Positions 1 through 13,879 of a DNA stretch of 64,000 nt are shown piece by piece (the first letter of the stretch is position 1; each line of letters begins with the position of its first letter). The DNA lies in assembly GCA_964016885.1 (NCBI GenBank), contig OZ024747.1:71486001-71550000 (forward strand). The letters run 5' to 3'. This DNA comes from Eledone cirrhosa. Taxonomy: Eukaryota. The notes beneath the pieces were generated by a model. It was not told where the DNA came from and ran no database searches. It saw only the letters and a list, made by a program, of their open reading frames with translations. The position numbers and the translations under genes were made by a program.

Positions 1-125
1 TTCTGCAAGGCGGGCTGCGATGCCGGGGTTTGTGGCCGAAGCGATTAAGTTGGAGGCGGAGAACGTGTCGCAGCAGGTGGCGTCCCAGGTGAGGGATCTA
101 CCTCCTTCGAATAGGAAGAGGGTGG
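1..125 (-). mobile_element. Fragment of CRE-like non-LTR retrotransposon, restriction-like endonuclease region (runs off window edge)
   Basis: Minus strand reads TLFLFEGGRSLTWDATCCDTFSASNLIASATNPGIAARLAE, homologous to the copies at 1858-2300, 32095-32480 and 56290-56720. Confidence 0.75.
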
Positions 126-677
126 TTATTAATTATCATTATAGTAATCTGTGACGAATTTATTTTCAAATTTCTATCTCCTGTGTATTTCTATATACAC
201 CAATAAACACATATTTAATCACTCATAGGATTGTGTGCATAGCTTTTTACGTTAAAGGATTTCATTGTTGCTGTTTTGCAGAGTGCACCCGATACTACAT
301 TAAACAATGTTCTTCCTTTTTAAGATGACAAGGTGTTATTTGAAGAAGATTTGGCTGCTATTTCTAGCAGATCGCACAACGATGAAGAGACACCCTTTAC
401 TATATGCTATCCGAGAAGCATTTACTAGTAGTGTCTTCACGATATTGCTAATACACCTCACTGAACACTATATATTATATATTAATTCTATCTTTACGCC
501 CACCAATCAATCATCTGTTAGTAATTCTTCAACCATCACTGACCTCTCATCTACATTATTTCAGATACTACAACCTCTATTACTACTGTTTCTACTTAGT
601 TCACTGCTGCTACTTCTAATACTTATACCACTACTACTGCAACAACTACTAATACTAACAGCATCAACAAGAATAAT

Positions 678-851
678 GATTTCTAGTATAGGCACAAGTC
701 CAGTAATTTGGGAGGAGGGGAAAGTCGATTAAAATGACCCCAGTACGTTACTGATACTTTATTTTATCGGCCCCATAAGGATGAAAAGCAAAGTTAACCT
801 CGGTGGGATTTGAATTCAGATCATAAAGGGCCGTAACTCCCACCGCCCTTA
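678..851 (-). mobile_element. tRNA-derived SINE copy (internally deleted) with 13-bp TSD
   Basis: Shares ggcacaag..., ttttatcg...ggatgaaa and the B-box reverse complement ggatttgaattc with the other copies; TSD caacaagaataat at 665-677 and 852-864. Confidence 0.85.
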
Positions 852-1319
852 CAACAAGAATAATAAAAACAATCTTTTCTCTATTTGACAGATGAGAGAT
901 TACAAGAACGGTGGGGATTTACGTAGTAACGAATATGGCCAATAAAAAACAGGTATAGAAATAAAAGGAACTGAGATGATCCAATAGGATCTAAATGGGA
1001 ACAACTGTGGAATCCAACAGATTCCGGACTAGTTTTACTGCCAAGAGAAAATGCTTTCACCCAGCTGACTTTCCGACCTACAGGTATATGCTGAGGGTAG
1101 ACCCATTCACTTAGCTACACTCACCGCCCTCACACACCTTAACCTACTACTATGAACTAGACAAATCTATTTTAACTTTAAACCACAAGCGACTTTAAAA
1201 AGTAAAATTTCTCAACACAGTTTCATAGTCATACGTACAACCCCAGGCGGAACCACAGGCGGAGCCACAGCCATCTGACGAAACTGAGCCGGAATAACAA
1301 TATAGCTATCTAATATGAA

Positions 1320-1416
1320 ACACATAATAACTACACCGTCCTCTCTCTCTCACTCTCACTTTTACTCTCCCTTTCTCTCTCTCTCGCTCTCTCGCTCTCT
1401 CGCTCTCTCTTCCTCA

Positions 1417-1447
<31 letters not shown>

Positions 1448-1464
1448 AGCTTTCTCTCTCTCTA
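1320..1464 (+). repeat. Dispersed copy of 4936-5084 (unique head plus CT-rich tract)
   Basis: acacataataactacaccgtcctctctctctcactctcacttttactctccc... is identical at both sites, including the order of CT-tract interruptions. Confidence 0.85.
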
Positions 1465-1623
1465 ATATGAATCACAACTTAAGCAAAACTTGAAAATCTG
1501 CAACTATAGGAAAACTGTAAACACCCCAGTAGAGGAACATCGTATACGAATGTAAAATATCATAAACCAACGGTACATACAAACATATCAGCGAAACGGT
1601 GAAGAGACAGTTCAGAATATAAT

Positions 1624-1842
1624 TGTTTCTGCTTTAGGCACAAGGCCAGCAATTTTTTTTTTGGGGGGGGGGGTCGATTAAATCGACCCCAGTGCATTAC
1701 TGGTGCCTTATTTTATCGATCTCGTAAAGATGAAAGGCAAAGTTAACCTTGGCGGAATTTGAACTCAGAACGTAAAGGGCCATAACTCTGTGTTGAAAAG
1801 CATGGTGTCTGACGCTCTACCAATTCTGCCAATCAACCACAC
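1624..1842 (-). mobile_element. tRNA-derived SINE, near full length
   Basis: Minus strand has A box tggcagaattggtagagc and B box gagttcaaattcc, then the ctttgcctttcatc...gtcgataaaataa-type core and cttgtgcctaaa tail; diverged TSD gttcRgaRtataat. Confidence 0.85.
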
Positions 1843-1857
1843 TCAGAGTTCGGAGTA

Positions 1858-2300
1858 TAATCAACGAGGTCATAAAGCATGGCTTGGACGCTGCAGGCTT
1901 CCCTTCCCAGCTCGAGCCGGTGGGGCTGGACTGAGGGGACGGCAAAAGCCAGATGGTATGACCATCTTCCCTTTCCGCGGTGGCAAACCCCTCGTCTGAG
2001 ATGCCACTTGCACCGACACTTTCTGCAGCCGCAACCTGGTGCAGTCTACGACTAACCCAGGTTCTGCTGCACGTCGGGTTGAGGGGGCCAAACTCTTCAA
2101 ATACCAGTCGCTCTCCGACAGGTTTGCGGATGTACCCTTGCAGTGGAGATTTCTGGTGTCCTAGGCCCTAGGGCTACCTCCCTACTCACCACCATAGGCG
2201 CTGAGATGGCCAGCCGTAGGTGTGAGCCCCGCGAGTTGGAGTGGCTTTTCCAGCGCGTCTCCCTTACCGTCCTTCGGGGTAACCCCTTCGCTATCTCTTC
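1858..2300 (+). mobile_element. Decayed 3' end of CRE-like non-LTR retrotransposon (REL endonuclease)
   Basis: Across frameshifts and stops: INEVIKHGLDAAGFPSQLEPVGLD*GDGK-PDGMTIFPFRGGKPLV*DATCTDTF...VEISGVLGP...WLFQRVSLTVLRGN (PD..D-type REL motif). Confidence 0.8.
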
Positions 2301-2424
2301 GTCAATCGTATTTCATCTTCTGTTTCGATTCATCGAATTACCCTACTTTTCTACCAAGAACTGCAGCAGAACGTCGAAATAGGAAGTAAGGCCTACCTGC
2401 TTCGATCCATTATTGCATCTAGAC

Positions 2425-2690
2425 CAGGCATACGCAACCTTTTTCGAGAAGCAGTTGCATGAGATAAGGCTCATCATCAGGCGGGCCTCAAGCGCTAATT
2501 TACATTCGTGCCCACATTAAAATAAAGGGCGGTAACTCAGGTCGTTTTGATTTGTTTCTTCAGAATTCGTACACGTTTTCCTCGATCATAAAAATGATAG
2601 AAAAATAAATTACGACTGAAAAGTTGAGGTAAAACAATCAAAAAGATTTCACTTAGGTGACTTAGGTGAGCCACAGGTTGCCCATAACTG
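2425..2690. mobile_element. Non-autonomous hAT (Charlie-like) DNA transposon / MITE
   Basis: Imperfect 16-bp TIRs CAGGCATACGCAACCT / AGGTTGCCCATAACTG; perfect 8-bp TSD ATCTAGAC at 2417-2424 and 2691-2698 (NTCTAGAN is the typical Charlie target). Confidence 0.85.
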
Positions 2691-3120
2691 ATCTAGACAG
2701 TCGTGTTCACTAATCTAGTCGCCCGCAATAACACGTTCACCTTCGAGCAACCAGCCTGGCTCCTGTCTATACCCCATAATTATATGGAGCCCACAGATCA
2801 CAAACTTGTGATCTTTGTAGCTGGACAAACAATATTGTGGAGGCTATACGCTATCCTTATCCGCTAACTTTTTAAATACTCAATCTAGATATGACATGGA
2901 TGACCTGAGACGGTTTAGCCAAGTCCACATTATCATATTCGGTAAACCCAGCCGGCGCATGTCAGACATTTGGAACTGCTTGAAAATGTTTGTAAGTCTT
3001 TTACCCTGATTTTATATTCGTTACTACCACTGTGTGTGACTGGCGGGGGGGGGGGGGGGTAGTTGATGTTTTGTGTGGTATTGATATAGTGGTATAGTGA
3101 TATATTAGTAGTTAAATAAT

Positions 3121-3973
3121 GGTTTCTGATTTAGGCACAATGCCAGAAATTTTGGGGGAGGTCAAAGTCGATTAAATCGACCCTAGTGTATTACTGGTGT
3201 TTTATTCTATCGACGCCCGTAAGGATGAAAGGCAAATCTGAACTCAGAACATGAAGGGAGGTAACTATGGCGCGAAGTATGGTGTCCGAAGCTATACTTT
3301 ACGGCATAGTTACGTCCCTAGTAGTTAAATAATTGTTTCTACTTTAGGCACAAGGCCAGCAATTTGGGGAGGGGGAAGTCGATTAAATCGATCCCAGTGC
3401 ATTACTGGTGCTTTATTTTATCGATCCCGTAAGGATAAAAGGCAAAGCTACCTCGGCGGGATTTGAACTCAGGCTGTAAGGGGCCGCAACTCTATGCTGC
3501 AAAGCATGGTGTCTGACGCTCTACCAATACTGCCAATCCACCGCCCTTTTTTAAATAATTGGTTCTACTTTAGGCACAAGGCCAGCAATTTAACAGTACA
3601 TTACTGGTACTTTATTTTATCGACCCCGTAAGGATGAAAGGCAAAGTTAGCCTCGGCGGGATTTGAACTCAGACTGTAAAGGGACGTAACTATGCTAGAA
3701 AGCATGGCGTCCAACCCTCTACCGATACTGCCAATTCACAATAATAAGAGTGGATTCTAATTGTCACCCAAGGCAAACAATGTTCGATCTTTGGGTGTCG
3801 AGTGAGGGGTTGATTATATCCATTACAGGAATTGACTCATACTTAATTGACCCCTGAATGTATGAAAGACAATGTTGACTTTGGTGGGATTTGAACTGAG
3901 AACGTGACGAGTCAAACAAATACCAGAAAGGGTTTGTACGAGGCTCTAACGATTCTGCTAACCACCACCATCC
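3121..3973 (-). mobile_element. Stack of four same-orientation SINE copies (~3121-3318, 3334-3548, 3560-3740, 3757-3973)
   Basis: Each carries the core and B-box motifs; separated or flanked by tagtagttaaataat (3106-3120, 3319-3333, 3974-3988) and ttaaataat (3551-3559). Confidence 0.85.
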
Positions 3974-4390
3974 TAGTAGTTAAATAATAGTGTTGGTTAG
4001 GTTATATTTACCATCCAATTCCCTTTGACATTAGAACCAAGTCGTTAAAGACGAGACTAACATTAAAACAGAAGATATACATTACCAATGACATATTCAC
4101 TAAATTCGAACTAACCTTAAAACTCTTATAATATCCAATTTATTATCTCTTTCTCTCTCTTCTTCTCTACTCTTTCTCCCCTCTCTCTCTCTCTCTCTCT
4201 CTCAGTCTCTTCTTCTCTACTCACTCTCTTCTTCTTCTCTGCTCCCTCTCTCTTCTTCTCTACTCACTCTCTCTCGCACACACACACACACACAGACACA
4301 CACTTTCATCCCAATTTCTCTTATTCTATCTCCCCTCACTCTCTCTCTCTCTTCTTCTATGCTCTTTCTCTCTTCTTCTCTACTCTCTCA

Positions 4391-4423
<33 letters not shown>

Positions 4424-4634
4424 TCATCTTCATTTCTCTAATTCTATCTCCTCCTCTTTCTCTATTTGTCTCCCCCCCCTCCCCTCTCTCTTATTTTATC
4501 TATCGATATATCACCCTTTATCAACCTATCACACTCCCTCATGCTCTCCCTGTCTCTTTCTCGCTATGTAAATCTCTCATCATTTACATCAATGTATAGC
4601 CTTGCTCTTTATCAACTTCCCTACGCTTACTTTA

Positions 4635-4787
4635 CTCTCTATACACGCTCTCTAATGAGCCCACTCTCTATACACGCTCGCTAATGGAGTCCTCTCTCTA
4701 TACACGCTCTCTAATGAGCCCACTCTCTATACACGCTCTCTAATGGAGTCCACTCTCTATACACGCTCTCTAATGGAGTCCACTCTC
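4635..4787. repeat. ~30-bp tandem repeat, ~5 copies, within CT-rich low-complexity region (~4140-5430)
   Basis: Unit cactctctatacacgctctctaatggagtc. Confidence 0.85.
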
Positions 4788-5021
4788 TTGCAAACATTCG
4801 GTCAATGTCTTTCGTTTGAAAATGTCTTCTTTCTTTCCTACGAAGTTCGAATGTTCTGAAAAGAATCATCAGACCTCCGCCTCCTCCTTCTCCTCCTGAC
4901 TACGCCATTAAAAAACTCACCTTCTGTATTAATTCACACATAATAACTACACCGTCCTCTCTCTCTCACTCTCACTTTTACTCTCCCTTTCTCTCTCTCT
5001 CGCTCTCTCGCTCTCTCTTCC

Positions 5022-5063
<42 letters not shown>

Positions 5064-5309
5064 AGCTTTCTCTCTCTCTCTCTAGCTCTCACTTTCTCTC
5101 TCTCTCGCTCTCTTCCTCTCTCTCTCTCTCTCACTTTTTCTCTCACTCTCTCTCTCACTTTTTCTCTCTCTCGCGCTCTCACTTTCTCTATCGCTCTCTC
5201 TCTCTCTCACACACACACATTCTCGCTCTCGCTCTCTCTCACATTCTCACTCTCTCTCTCTCTCAATTCTCTCTCTCTCGATCTCTCTCACACATTCTTT
5301 CTCTCTCAC

Positions 5310-5385
<76 letters not shown>

Positions 5386-5504
5386 CTCTCTCTCTAACAC
5401 ACTCCCCCCTCTCTCTCTCTATCCACCTCTTTCTTTTTCAGTTCACACTTACTAACACCTTTTATTCTCTCTCCACACCGATGAATTTTATGTGATCAGT
5501 TTAC

Positions 5505-5524
5505 CTGTGCGTGTGTGTGTGTGT

Positions 5525-5590
<66 letters not shown>

Positions 5591-5697
5591 TTGTGTGTGT
5601 TTGTGTGTGTGAGAGAGAGAGAGAGTGTGTGTGTGAGAGAGAGAGTGTGTGTGAGAGAGAGTGTGTGTGTGTGTGTGTGTGTGTGAGTGTGTGTGAG

Positions 5698-5794
<97 letters not shown>

Positions 5795-6207
5795 AAGATA
5801 GTGTGCATGTATGTATGATCGTGTGGTGCGTCCAGGTGTATGACTGTATGTCTGTGCATGTGTCGCATTTGTGTGCATATGTATTTGAGGACGGGGAGGG
5901 GGGATATGCATACATGTCAATTTATGGTTCTTCATAAAACTGCTATATATGTATTTATGTGTACCCTCTCGCTCTATCTCTCCATCTATCCCTCTCTTTC
6001 CATATATATATATATATATACACACATACATATATAAATATACACACATACATATATATATATACATATGTATATATACACATACATATATGTATATATA
6101 TATATATATATATACACATACATATATATATATATATACATATATATACACATACATATATATATACATATATATACACATACATATATATATATATACA
6201 TATATAT

Positions 6208-6278
<71 letters not shown>

Positions 6279-6330
6279 TGTTTGTATATATATATATATA
6301 TATATATATGTTTGTGTATATATATGTATA

Positions 6331-6393
<63 letters not shown>

Positions 6394-6691
6394 GTATATA
6401 TATGTGTGTGTGTATATATATATATAGAGAGAGAGGGGGTAGAGATAGATAGATACATGATTGTGTTGTTAACGTATATGTGTGGATAGGAATATATATT
6501 GTATTGTCTGAACGTGTAGAAGCTTGTGTGTAACATGCATATGCTTGAATATGTATGTTTATGTGCTCTTTATGTATATAGGCAAACATTTATGCAGTTC
6601 TGCATATACACATGAAGGGATGTAGAAACATATATTGACACATTCACATACATGCAGAAATATATAAACACACACACACATATATATATAC

Positions 6692-6759
<68 letters not shown>

Positions 6760-6921
6760 AGTATTTCCGTTGAAAGGGTAAAGGAAAGAAGAGCGCTCTA
6801 TGTATAGTATATATACATATATATATACATACATATATATCTGTGTGTGTATGCATGGGGTGATGTTTGTGTATAGTGCATATATATATGTGCGTATGTG
6901 TATTTGTCCACGCGCGAGCGT

Positions 6922-6976
<55 letters not shown>
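5505..6976. repeat. Compound (GT)n/(GA)n/(TA)n/(TACA)n microsatellite mosaic
   Basis: Direct reading; source of the HT/CV/IY ORFs. Confidence 0.95.
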
Positions 6977-6977
<1 letters not shown>

Positions 6978-7171
6978 CTAATCCTTTATTACATATTCTG
7001 AATAACCACTTCTATATTGACTTTCAATAAACATATCCTGTAGCAACAGATAAAATAAGCTTCAAAATACATATATACACACCCACGCATAAATTCATAT
7101 ATTTAGTTATGAATGTCAAACTAAATATCTCTCTTCTCTCCAAAATTTACCTAAATGTGAAGTGGACTCGA

Positions 7172-7336
7172 GAAGAAGAAGAAGAAGAAGAAGAAGAAGA
7201 AGAAGAAGAAGAAGAAGAAGAAGAAGAAGAAGAAGAAGAAGAAGAAGAAGAAGAAGAAGAAGAAGAAGAAGAAGAAGAAGAAGAAGAAGAAGAAGAAGAA
7301 GAAGAAGAAGAAGAAGAAGAAGAAGAAGAAGAAGAA
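7172..7336 (+). repeat. Pure (GAA)~55 tract
   Basis: Direct reading. Confidence 0.95.
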
Positions 7337-8074
7337 GACTTAGATAGTGTGAAACGTTCAGTTTAAAAGACACACCTAAATTACAAGAAATACACAGAGA
7401 TCGCAAACACATACATACATACATACATACATACATACATACATACATACATACATACATACATACATACATACATACATACATACATACATACGGTCAC
7501 ACAATCACATATACGTATTGTCAGACAGATATATGTTTACAAAGCGCTGCCGATACATGTATTATCAGAGAAGTTGTAAAATGCAGGTAATAAAACTTAT
7601 CAAAATGGTATTCTATAAGCGAATGTGAAGCTATATATTCTCGATTTCAATGAAATGTGTGAAAGACAAAGAAAAATCTTTGGATGATAGTGAAACAAGG
7701 AAAACATAGTGGCTAACCCTGTAACACTTATTCACAATAAAATGTACTAAATTTATGACCGAGACGTTACTAATACTGATGTATTCTTAATTCCAGACTT
7801 GTGTTAGGGATATCCTATCTAGAAAACTGAATTATTTGGACGAAATGATTGTCAAATAAACGATCGGCGAGTCCTGCTCGGCTGCTTTCTACGATTTACT
7901 TGGCCTTTTTGTAAATATGCTGCATTCTATGATGTAAAGCAGTCCGGATTCACCTAGTTGAGTCATCAAATGTTTCTTCAATGGATGCACATTTACATTG
8001 GTGATTTTCTTGATACGTTATGGCACCAATGCTGACCAATGCTGATCAACCACCACCACCACCACCATAACACC

Positions 8075-8670
8075 TCTATATATGTATATATGAATGTATG
8101 TACGTATGTGTGTATGTATGTATGTATGTAAGTATGTATGTATGTATCTATGTATGTATGCATGTATGTATGCTTGCATGTATATATATATATTTTTATG
8201 AGTATAAAACTATATATATAGAGAGCCATATATATATAGATACATATATAATAACAAAGAACATGCATGCACACACAAATGCACACATACAGACACGCAC
8301 ATATATATACATATACAAATATATATATGTATATATATATATATATATATATACGTACATATATATATGTATGTATATATGTACACACACACACAGTCAT
8401 ATACATACATAAATACATTCATCCCTCAATACGTAACTATCTACGTACATACATACGTACATACATACATACATACACACATATATACATATATATATGT
8501 ACACATACATACACACACACACACACATACATACATACACACATACACACATACACACATACATACATATATATATACACACACACATACTTATATACAT
8601 ACACACACATATATATACATACATATATACATACATACAAACATACATGCATGCCTACAAACATACATGC
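8075..8670. repeat. Degenerate (TA)/(TACA)/(CA) microsatellite region
   Basis: Direct reading. Confidence 0.9.
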
Positions 8671-9466
8671 TTATATAAAGAAATAGGAATGAGAAGGGAG
8701 AGTATTAGGGAGAGAAAGATGGAGAAAGTAAGAAATACAAAGTAAAAGAAAGAAAACTGTCTAATTTATATGCAAATGGTGTCCAGTGCCAGGTTTATAG
8801 TATAAAAAAAATAGACCGTAAGTAAGTGAGTGGTAGTAGAAGAGGATTTATTAAAGAGAGTGGTACTAATTATCGTTGGGACAATCAAATTCAGCTTTTG
8901 ACCTGAAAGATTAATGATGGAATCTCTGACATCTTTTGACAACTCTGAATATTCGTAGTTGATTAATATCTTAGACTTCCTAACACAGTGCCATCCCCTA
9001 TGGATTATCAAATCACTGCTGGCACTCGGCGTGATGGAACTGGAGCAAAAGTTCTAGCTTCTTACATTAGCTTCAAATGGGTTAATCTTTTTACCGAAAA
9101 ACAGCTGTGTCCCTTCAGCCGAGTGGAAATACACCGATTCCTATTAATAATAGTTCATTCTTCATCTAAATGGTATAAACTTGTATCATGTGTGTGGCTA
9201 TGCGTATGTGTCTGTGTGTGTGTCGGTGTAAATGTATGTGCACCTATGCCTGTGTAACTATATGTGCGCCTGCGTGTGTGTAACTGTATGTGCGCCTGTA
9301 TCTTTGTGTGCATGTACACGTACGCGAGTGTGTGTGTGTATTAATTCAAGTATGATTTTTCTTTAAAGCGTTATTGGTATTTAGCCTTGACCGAGCAAAC
9401 TTAAATACCAAAGGTATTTCTGCTGTGACCAGCATATCTTTTTGTATCAGGTTTAAGAGTATTATA

Positions 9467-9605
9467 GGCGGTGAATTGACACAGTCGCTAGAACGTCGGA
9501 TAGAATGCTTTGCGGTACTCGTTCCGACTCTCTGCTTTCGGAGTTCAAATCCCGCCGAGGTCAATTTGCCTTTCATCATTTCGAGGTCGATAAAAAAGTC
9601 CCAGT
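9467..9605 (+). mobile_element. tRNA-derived SINE, 3'-truncated, related subfamily
   Basis: ggcggtgaattgac...gagttcaaatcccgccgaggtcaatttgcctttcatc...gtcgataaaaaagt. Confidence 0.8.
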
Positions 9606-10269
9606 CTAAAACTTTATATCTCTTTCTCGTTTCCTCTATCTCACTTTCTATCTTTCTCTGGAAGAAATCTGCTGTTCTCAGGGCTGGATTGGGATGGGCT
9701 CCACAGGGTTTCAAATGCCCAAGAAACGCCGTCTGTCAATACGGCCCCCTACGACTCTATCGGGAGTTATGGGACCATACTGTACATACGAGTATAGCGA
9801 GGAAAATGACTGTGTGAGACTGAATGGGTTAAAAATTAAAGGTATCTTTCTTGCGGGTGGCGGATAGTGATACGGCTAGAAGATATGGTGGTTAGTTGCA
9901 ATATAAGCGGGCTCCAGTCGGGCGAATAAGCTGTAAGGACCAACTGCTAGTGGGAATGGAACAATGGATGATACTGTTAGCTCCCCAGAAAACTCTCACA
10001 ACCCAGTGATGTAGCTAATGCGAGACAAGTAAAGGCCGCCTCTTAAAAAGCCTAGTTTTGGAGGTTGTGAGAAAAGTACCAAATTAAGACGTTCGCTTTG
10101 CAACAATTACGTCCCGGATACAAACCCACTGTGTATCTTCTTGTACAATTGTCATTTACCACGACCTTGGATCGACCCTTGTGAATGCAATCGGATACAC
10201 AGAAACTGTTCAAAAGCCCAACGGCTGGTCTGTAATTCAAAGTACCATCCTTGTCATACACTCTCTCGT

Positions 10270-10436
10270 GAAGAAGAAGAAGAAGAAGAAGAAGAAGAAG
10301 AAGAAGAAGAAGAAGAAGAAGAAGAAGAAGAAGAAGAAGAAGAAGAAGAAGAAGAAGAAGAAGAAGAAGAAGAAGAAGAAGAAGAAGAAGAAGAAGAAGA
10401 AGAAGAAGAAGAAGAAAAAGAAGAAAAAGAAGAAGA
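10270..10436 (+). repeat. (GAA)~49 pure tract with short degenerate tail
   Basis: Direct reading. Confidence 0.95.
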
Positions 10437-11311
10437 TGTTGATTAAACCTGATAACGTTTCTAAAATTCTGCATCCATGTTTATCGCATTGTATAGTTTT
10501 TACACAAAGCTCTTTTACTTAATAGCGTCAAATAGTCTGTTTTGGGAGACATATGATCAAAGGTGTTCCATACATGAGTCACACGTCGTATTTCTTCGGG
10601 ACAGGTTTTGAAGGGCGATAACCCAATGATCCTTCCTATTTTATGATGGACGGTACTGGCGGGCTTATTTTGAGAGAAACATGGCTGCACTTTCTAAAAG
10701 TTAGTATCTCAAACGCGTGACACGTGGATCTATCTTATTGCGCCAAACTTTGGACAAATGTATGAGTGCCGATCCAACGAGTCTCTATCAAAAAGAATTA
10801 CAGTCATGATTATCCCGTACCTTTGACTGACTTATATTCCGCACTATATTATACAAAGTGTCTCTCAGTGAATTGAGCGACATTTCGTTACTATGTCAAA
10901 CAAATTAAGTTAGCATACAGAGGCTACTTTAGGTGGAATCTGTGAAAAAATGATGCCACCGCCACCTTTTAATTCACATGTCAAATTACAGTCACATTAT
11001 CCATTAAAACTCCCACCAATGTAATTCTTTCTAGAGATACTAACATGAGAAAATCAGAGAACTAATGTTTTTGTTGTTTAGTCCTTTTTGACACTGGGTA
11101 TGACGTAGCTCAATGGTTAAGAAAGAAACGGTTTGACATGAGTTGGTTTCGAAAGAGAAATGTCATGATGTGAGTCTGAGCTGCACACACGCGCATACTC
11201 GCATATATATCCATATAAACAAACACACATAAATATACAAATATATATATATGTGTGTGTCTGTGAGTGTGAATGTATGTACATGTATATACATACAGAC
11301 ATACACACGTC

Positions 11312-11382
<71 letters not shown>

Positions 11383-11398
11383 ATACATGTACATAGAT

Positions 11399-11450
<52 letters not shown>

Positions 11451-11841
11451 ACGTCGTACCTTCACATATATCTTCAATTCTGCAATGGCTGCACCAATCC
11501 TCACTATTGCATGCAATAAAACAAAAAGAGAGAAGGAAATATTACTCTAGTTAATTTGACATCTACTTCAAATGGTCACAACTTGGCTCTCCCTTTTTTC
11601 ATATTCATATTTTAGTTTATTTTACTTTTTAGCACTAAAAGACATGAGGAATGGATGTTACACATCTTGTCAAATAGAGTGGCCAAGATGGCAGTCAAAC
11701 AAAATGTCTTTTGCTAGAAGAAATATATAGAACGTGTTTAAGGATGACGTTAACAATTGACAAGCAAAGCCATGTTTCTTTGTTCCTGCTTGTACGTGTC
11801 TGTCTGCTTTTGTGTATGCGTGTGCATCTACGTGTGTGTGC

Positions 11842-11926
<85 letters not shown>

Positions 11927-13879
11927 TGGATGCTCTTGTGAATGTCTGAGTGTCTGTCAGAGAGAGAGAGGGAGACTGTGCTGCTATGTGTATGTGTTTT
12001 TATGCGTGTGTGTTTCCAACTGTTTTTCGTCCGTACCATTCATCTGTAACTGGACAAAACCAAACCTCTTTCTGCATATTTCTTTCTGAACTTTAAAGTC
12101 GTTTGAACAGGCATTCATTGTAATAAAAGCTATAGTTGTTGTTATTGCTTAACCCTAATACCACTCAATTCGAAATTGCCTTTATATTTCATTGCAACTA
12201 ATATGTACAGCCTCTGGAGTAAACGAGGTAGGATTTCCGCTATCGCTTGACTTGCGAGAAAGTCCAGCCAAATTTTCTACAAATTGCAACCTACTTTCTT
12301 GAAAAACGAAGGACACTTTGGAGAACATATGTAGTATTCTCGTCTCGTTTATGCACTTATATATTAAAAGTAATGTACTAGTTTTTTATCTGTTTTGTTT
12401 TGTTTTTTTAGGGAAATGGCTCAGTCTGTAATAATCAAACAGAAAACTCAGCATATATTATTTATATATAATTTTATGGTAGCAGCGTTGTTCGTGGAGA
12501 CATAAGAAACTTGCCGAAATACATTTCCTAACTGGCAGTTTTCCAATTCGAGGTTCTTTTTAACTTTTTATTTATCTGACGAACTTAAAACAAAATTCAT
12601 TACTGAGCTTAAAAAACATATATGAATTTTATTTAAATGATATTCTTCTCTTCCTCACACATATAAATATTACTATCACATTATAAATATTTCTCAACAA
12701 TGCATTTATCGGTGCAATGTGAATTGCGTTAGGCAAAGGTTACAACAAGTATACTAGTATACTTAAGGTAGGCGTATATGGAGGCATATACCATATTTTT
12801 ATGTATAACAAACATACATAAGTCTCACTGTGAGTAATTTAAGCTGTGGTCATTCACAGCTATCTCAGTAACCACGTGAAAACCCAAAATGCTATAGTAT
12901 TCAAGTATTATTAATTTATCATGGGTGACATCTGTTCACTCGGTACTGAGGCAAGAATATTAAAGCTTCTTACGATATGTACAGAACTTTTCAAATAATA
13001 CGGTTACTAATATAATTGTGACGTGTTAGTACTACTGCTATTCCAGCCCGGGAAGCCCACACGATAAGTAAATAAATATCTCCATGAATGTATTATTTAC
13101 AAACTTCTATGTATAAGGTATGTCAGGTCACTCTTGAATGCTAGTGGTAACATGTAACACAGTACAACCTGTCGTATGGTCGGGTTTACTTGATGAGGAG
13201 GGTGATTTTGGACACCCTGCAGGACAAAAAACAAAACCCGACAAAGAGTGGAAGAACTCATAAGAGACAACGGCCATCCAAAAATGTGTAAATATGTATA
13301 TACTGTATGGGTGTGGATGTGTGTAGTATTGATTGCGTGTTTGTCTGTGTACATATGTGTATATATTTGATAAAAGAAGTTTTTTTTAAATGTGTTTATA
13401 TGAGTATATGTGCGCATGTGTGTATGTATACATGTGTATATGTATGTGCGTGCGTGTGTGAACATATGTGTATATACTGCGAAGGTTAAAGTACCAAATT
13501 GAGATCTAGCGCGGGATAGCCTCTCTTGATGAGTTGTGGGTGGAGTCTCTCTGAGTCTTAGTTAACAGCCCACCTAGTGATGGTGTCACGATAAAAACAC
13601 TGGTCTTTGCGTTACCTTACAAACGCTCTCTTCCAACATGCCTTGACCCAGCACGGAAGAGTAGAGTCATAAAATTAACACGAAAAAGTTACCCCCATAG
13701 ATTCGTTGTACAGAGGAAACCACCTCCGGACCCTCTAAGAGTGAACAGGAGGGCACACCAGCAGCCTTAGACTGATGTGACAGATATGACTAGGGGGATC
13801 ATACCAGCAACCTCGGACGTGTTTGATTTATATGAATAGAAGAAACACCCAGACAATGAAAAAGACCCTTAATACCTGC

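Noticed and set aside
10540-10900. Possible Tc1/mariner end fragment
   Set aside because: No paired TIRs or transposase motifs could be confirmed.
4359-12089. Many ORFs of poly-IY, HT, CV, E, R, K or L (also at 30.9-31.5 kb and 51-63 kb)
   Set aside because: Translations of microsatellites.
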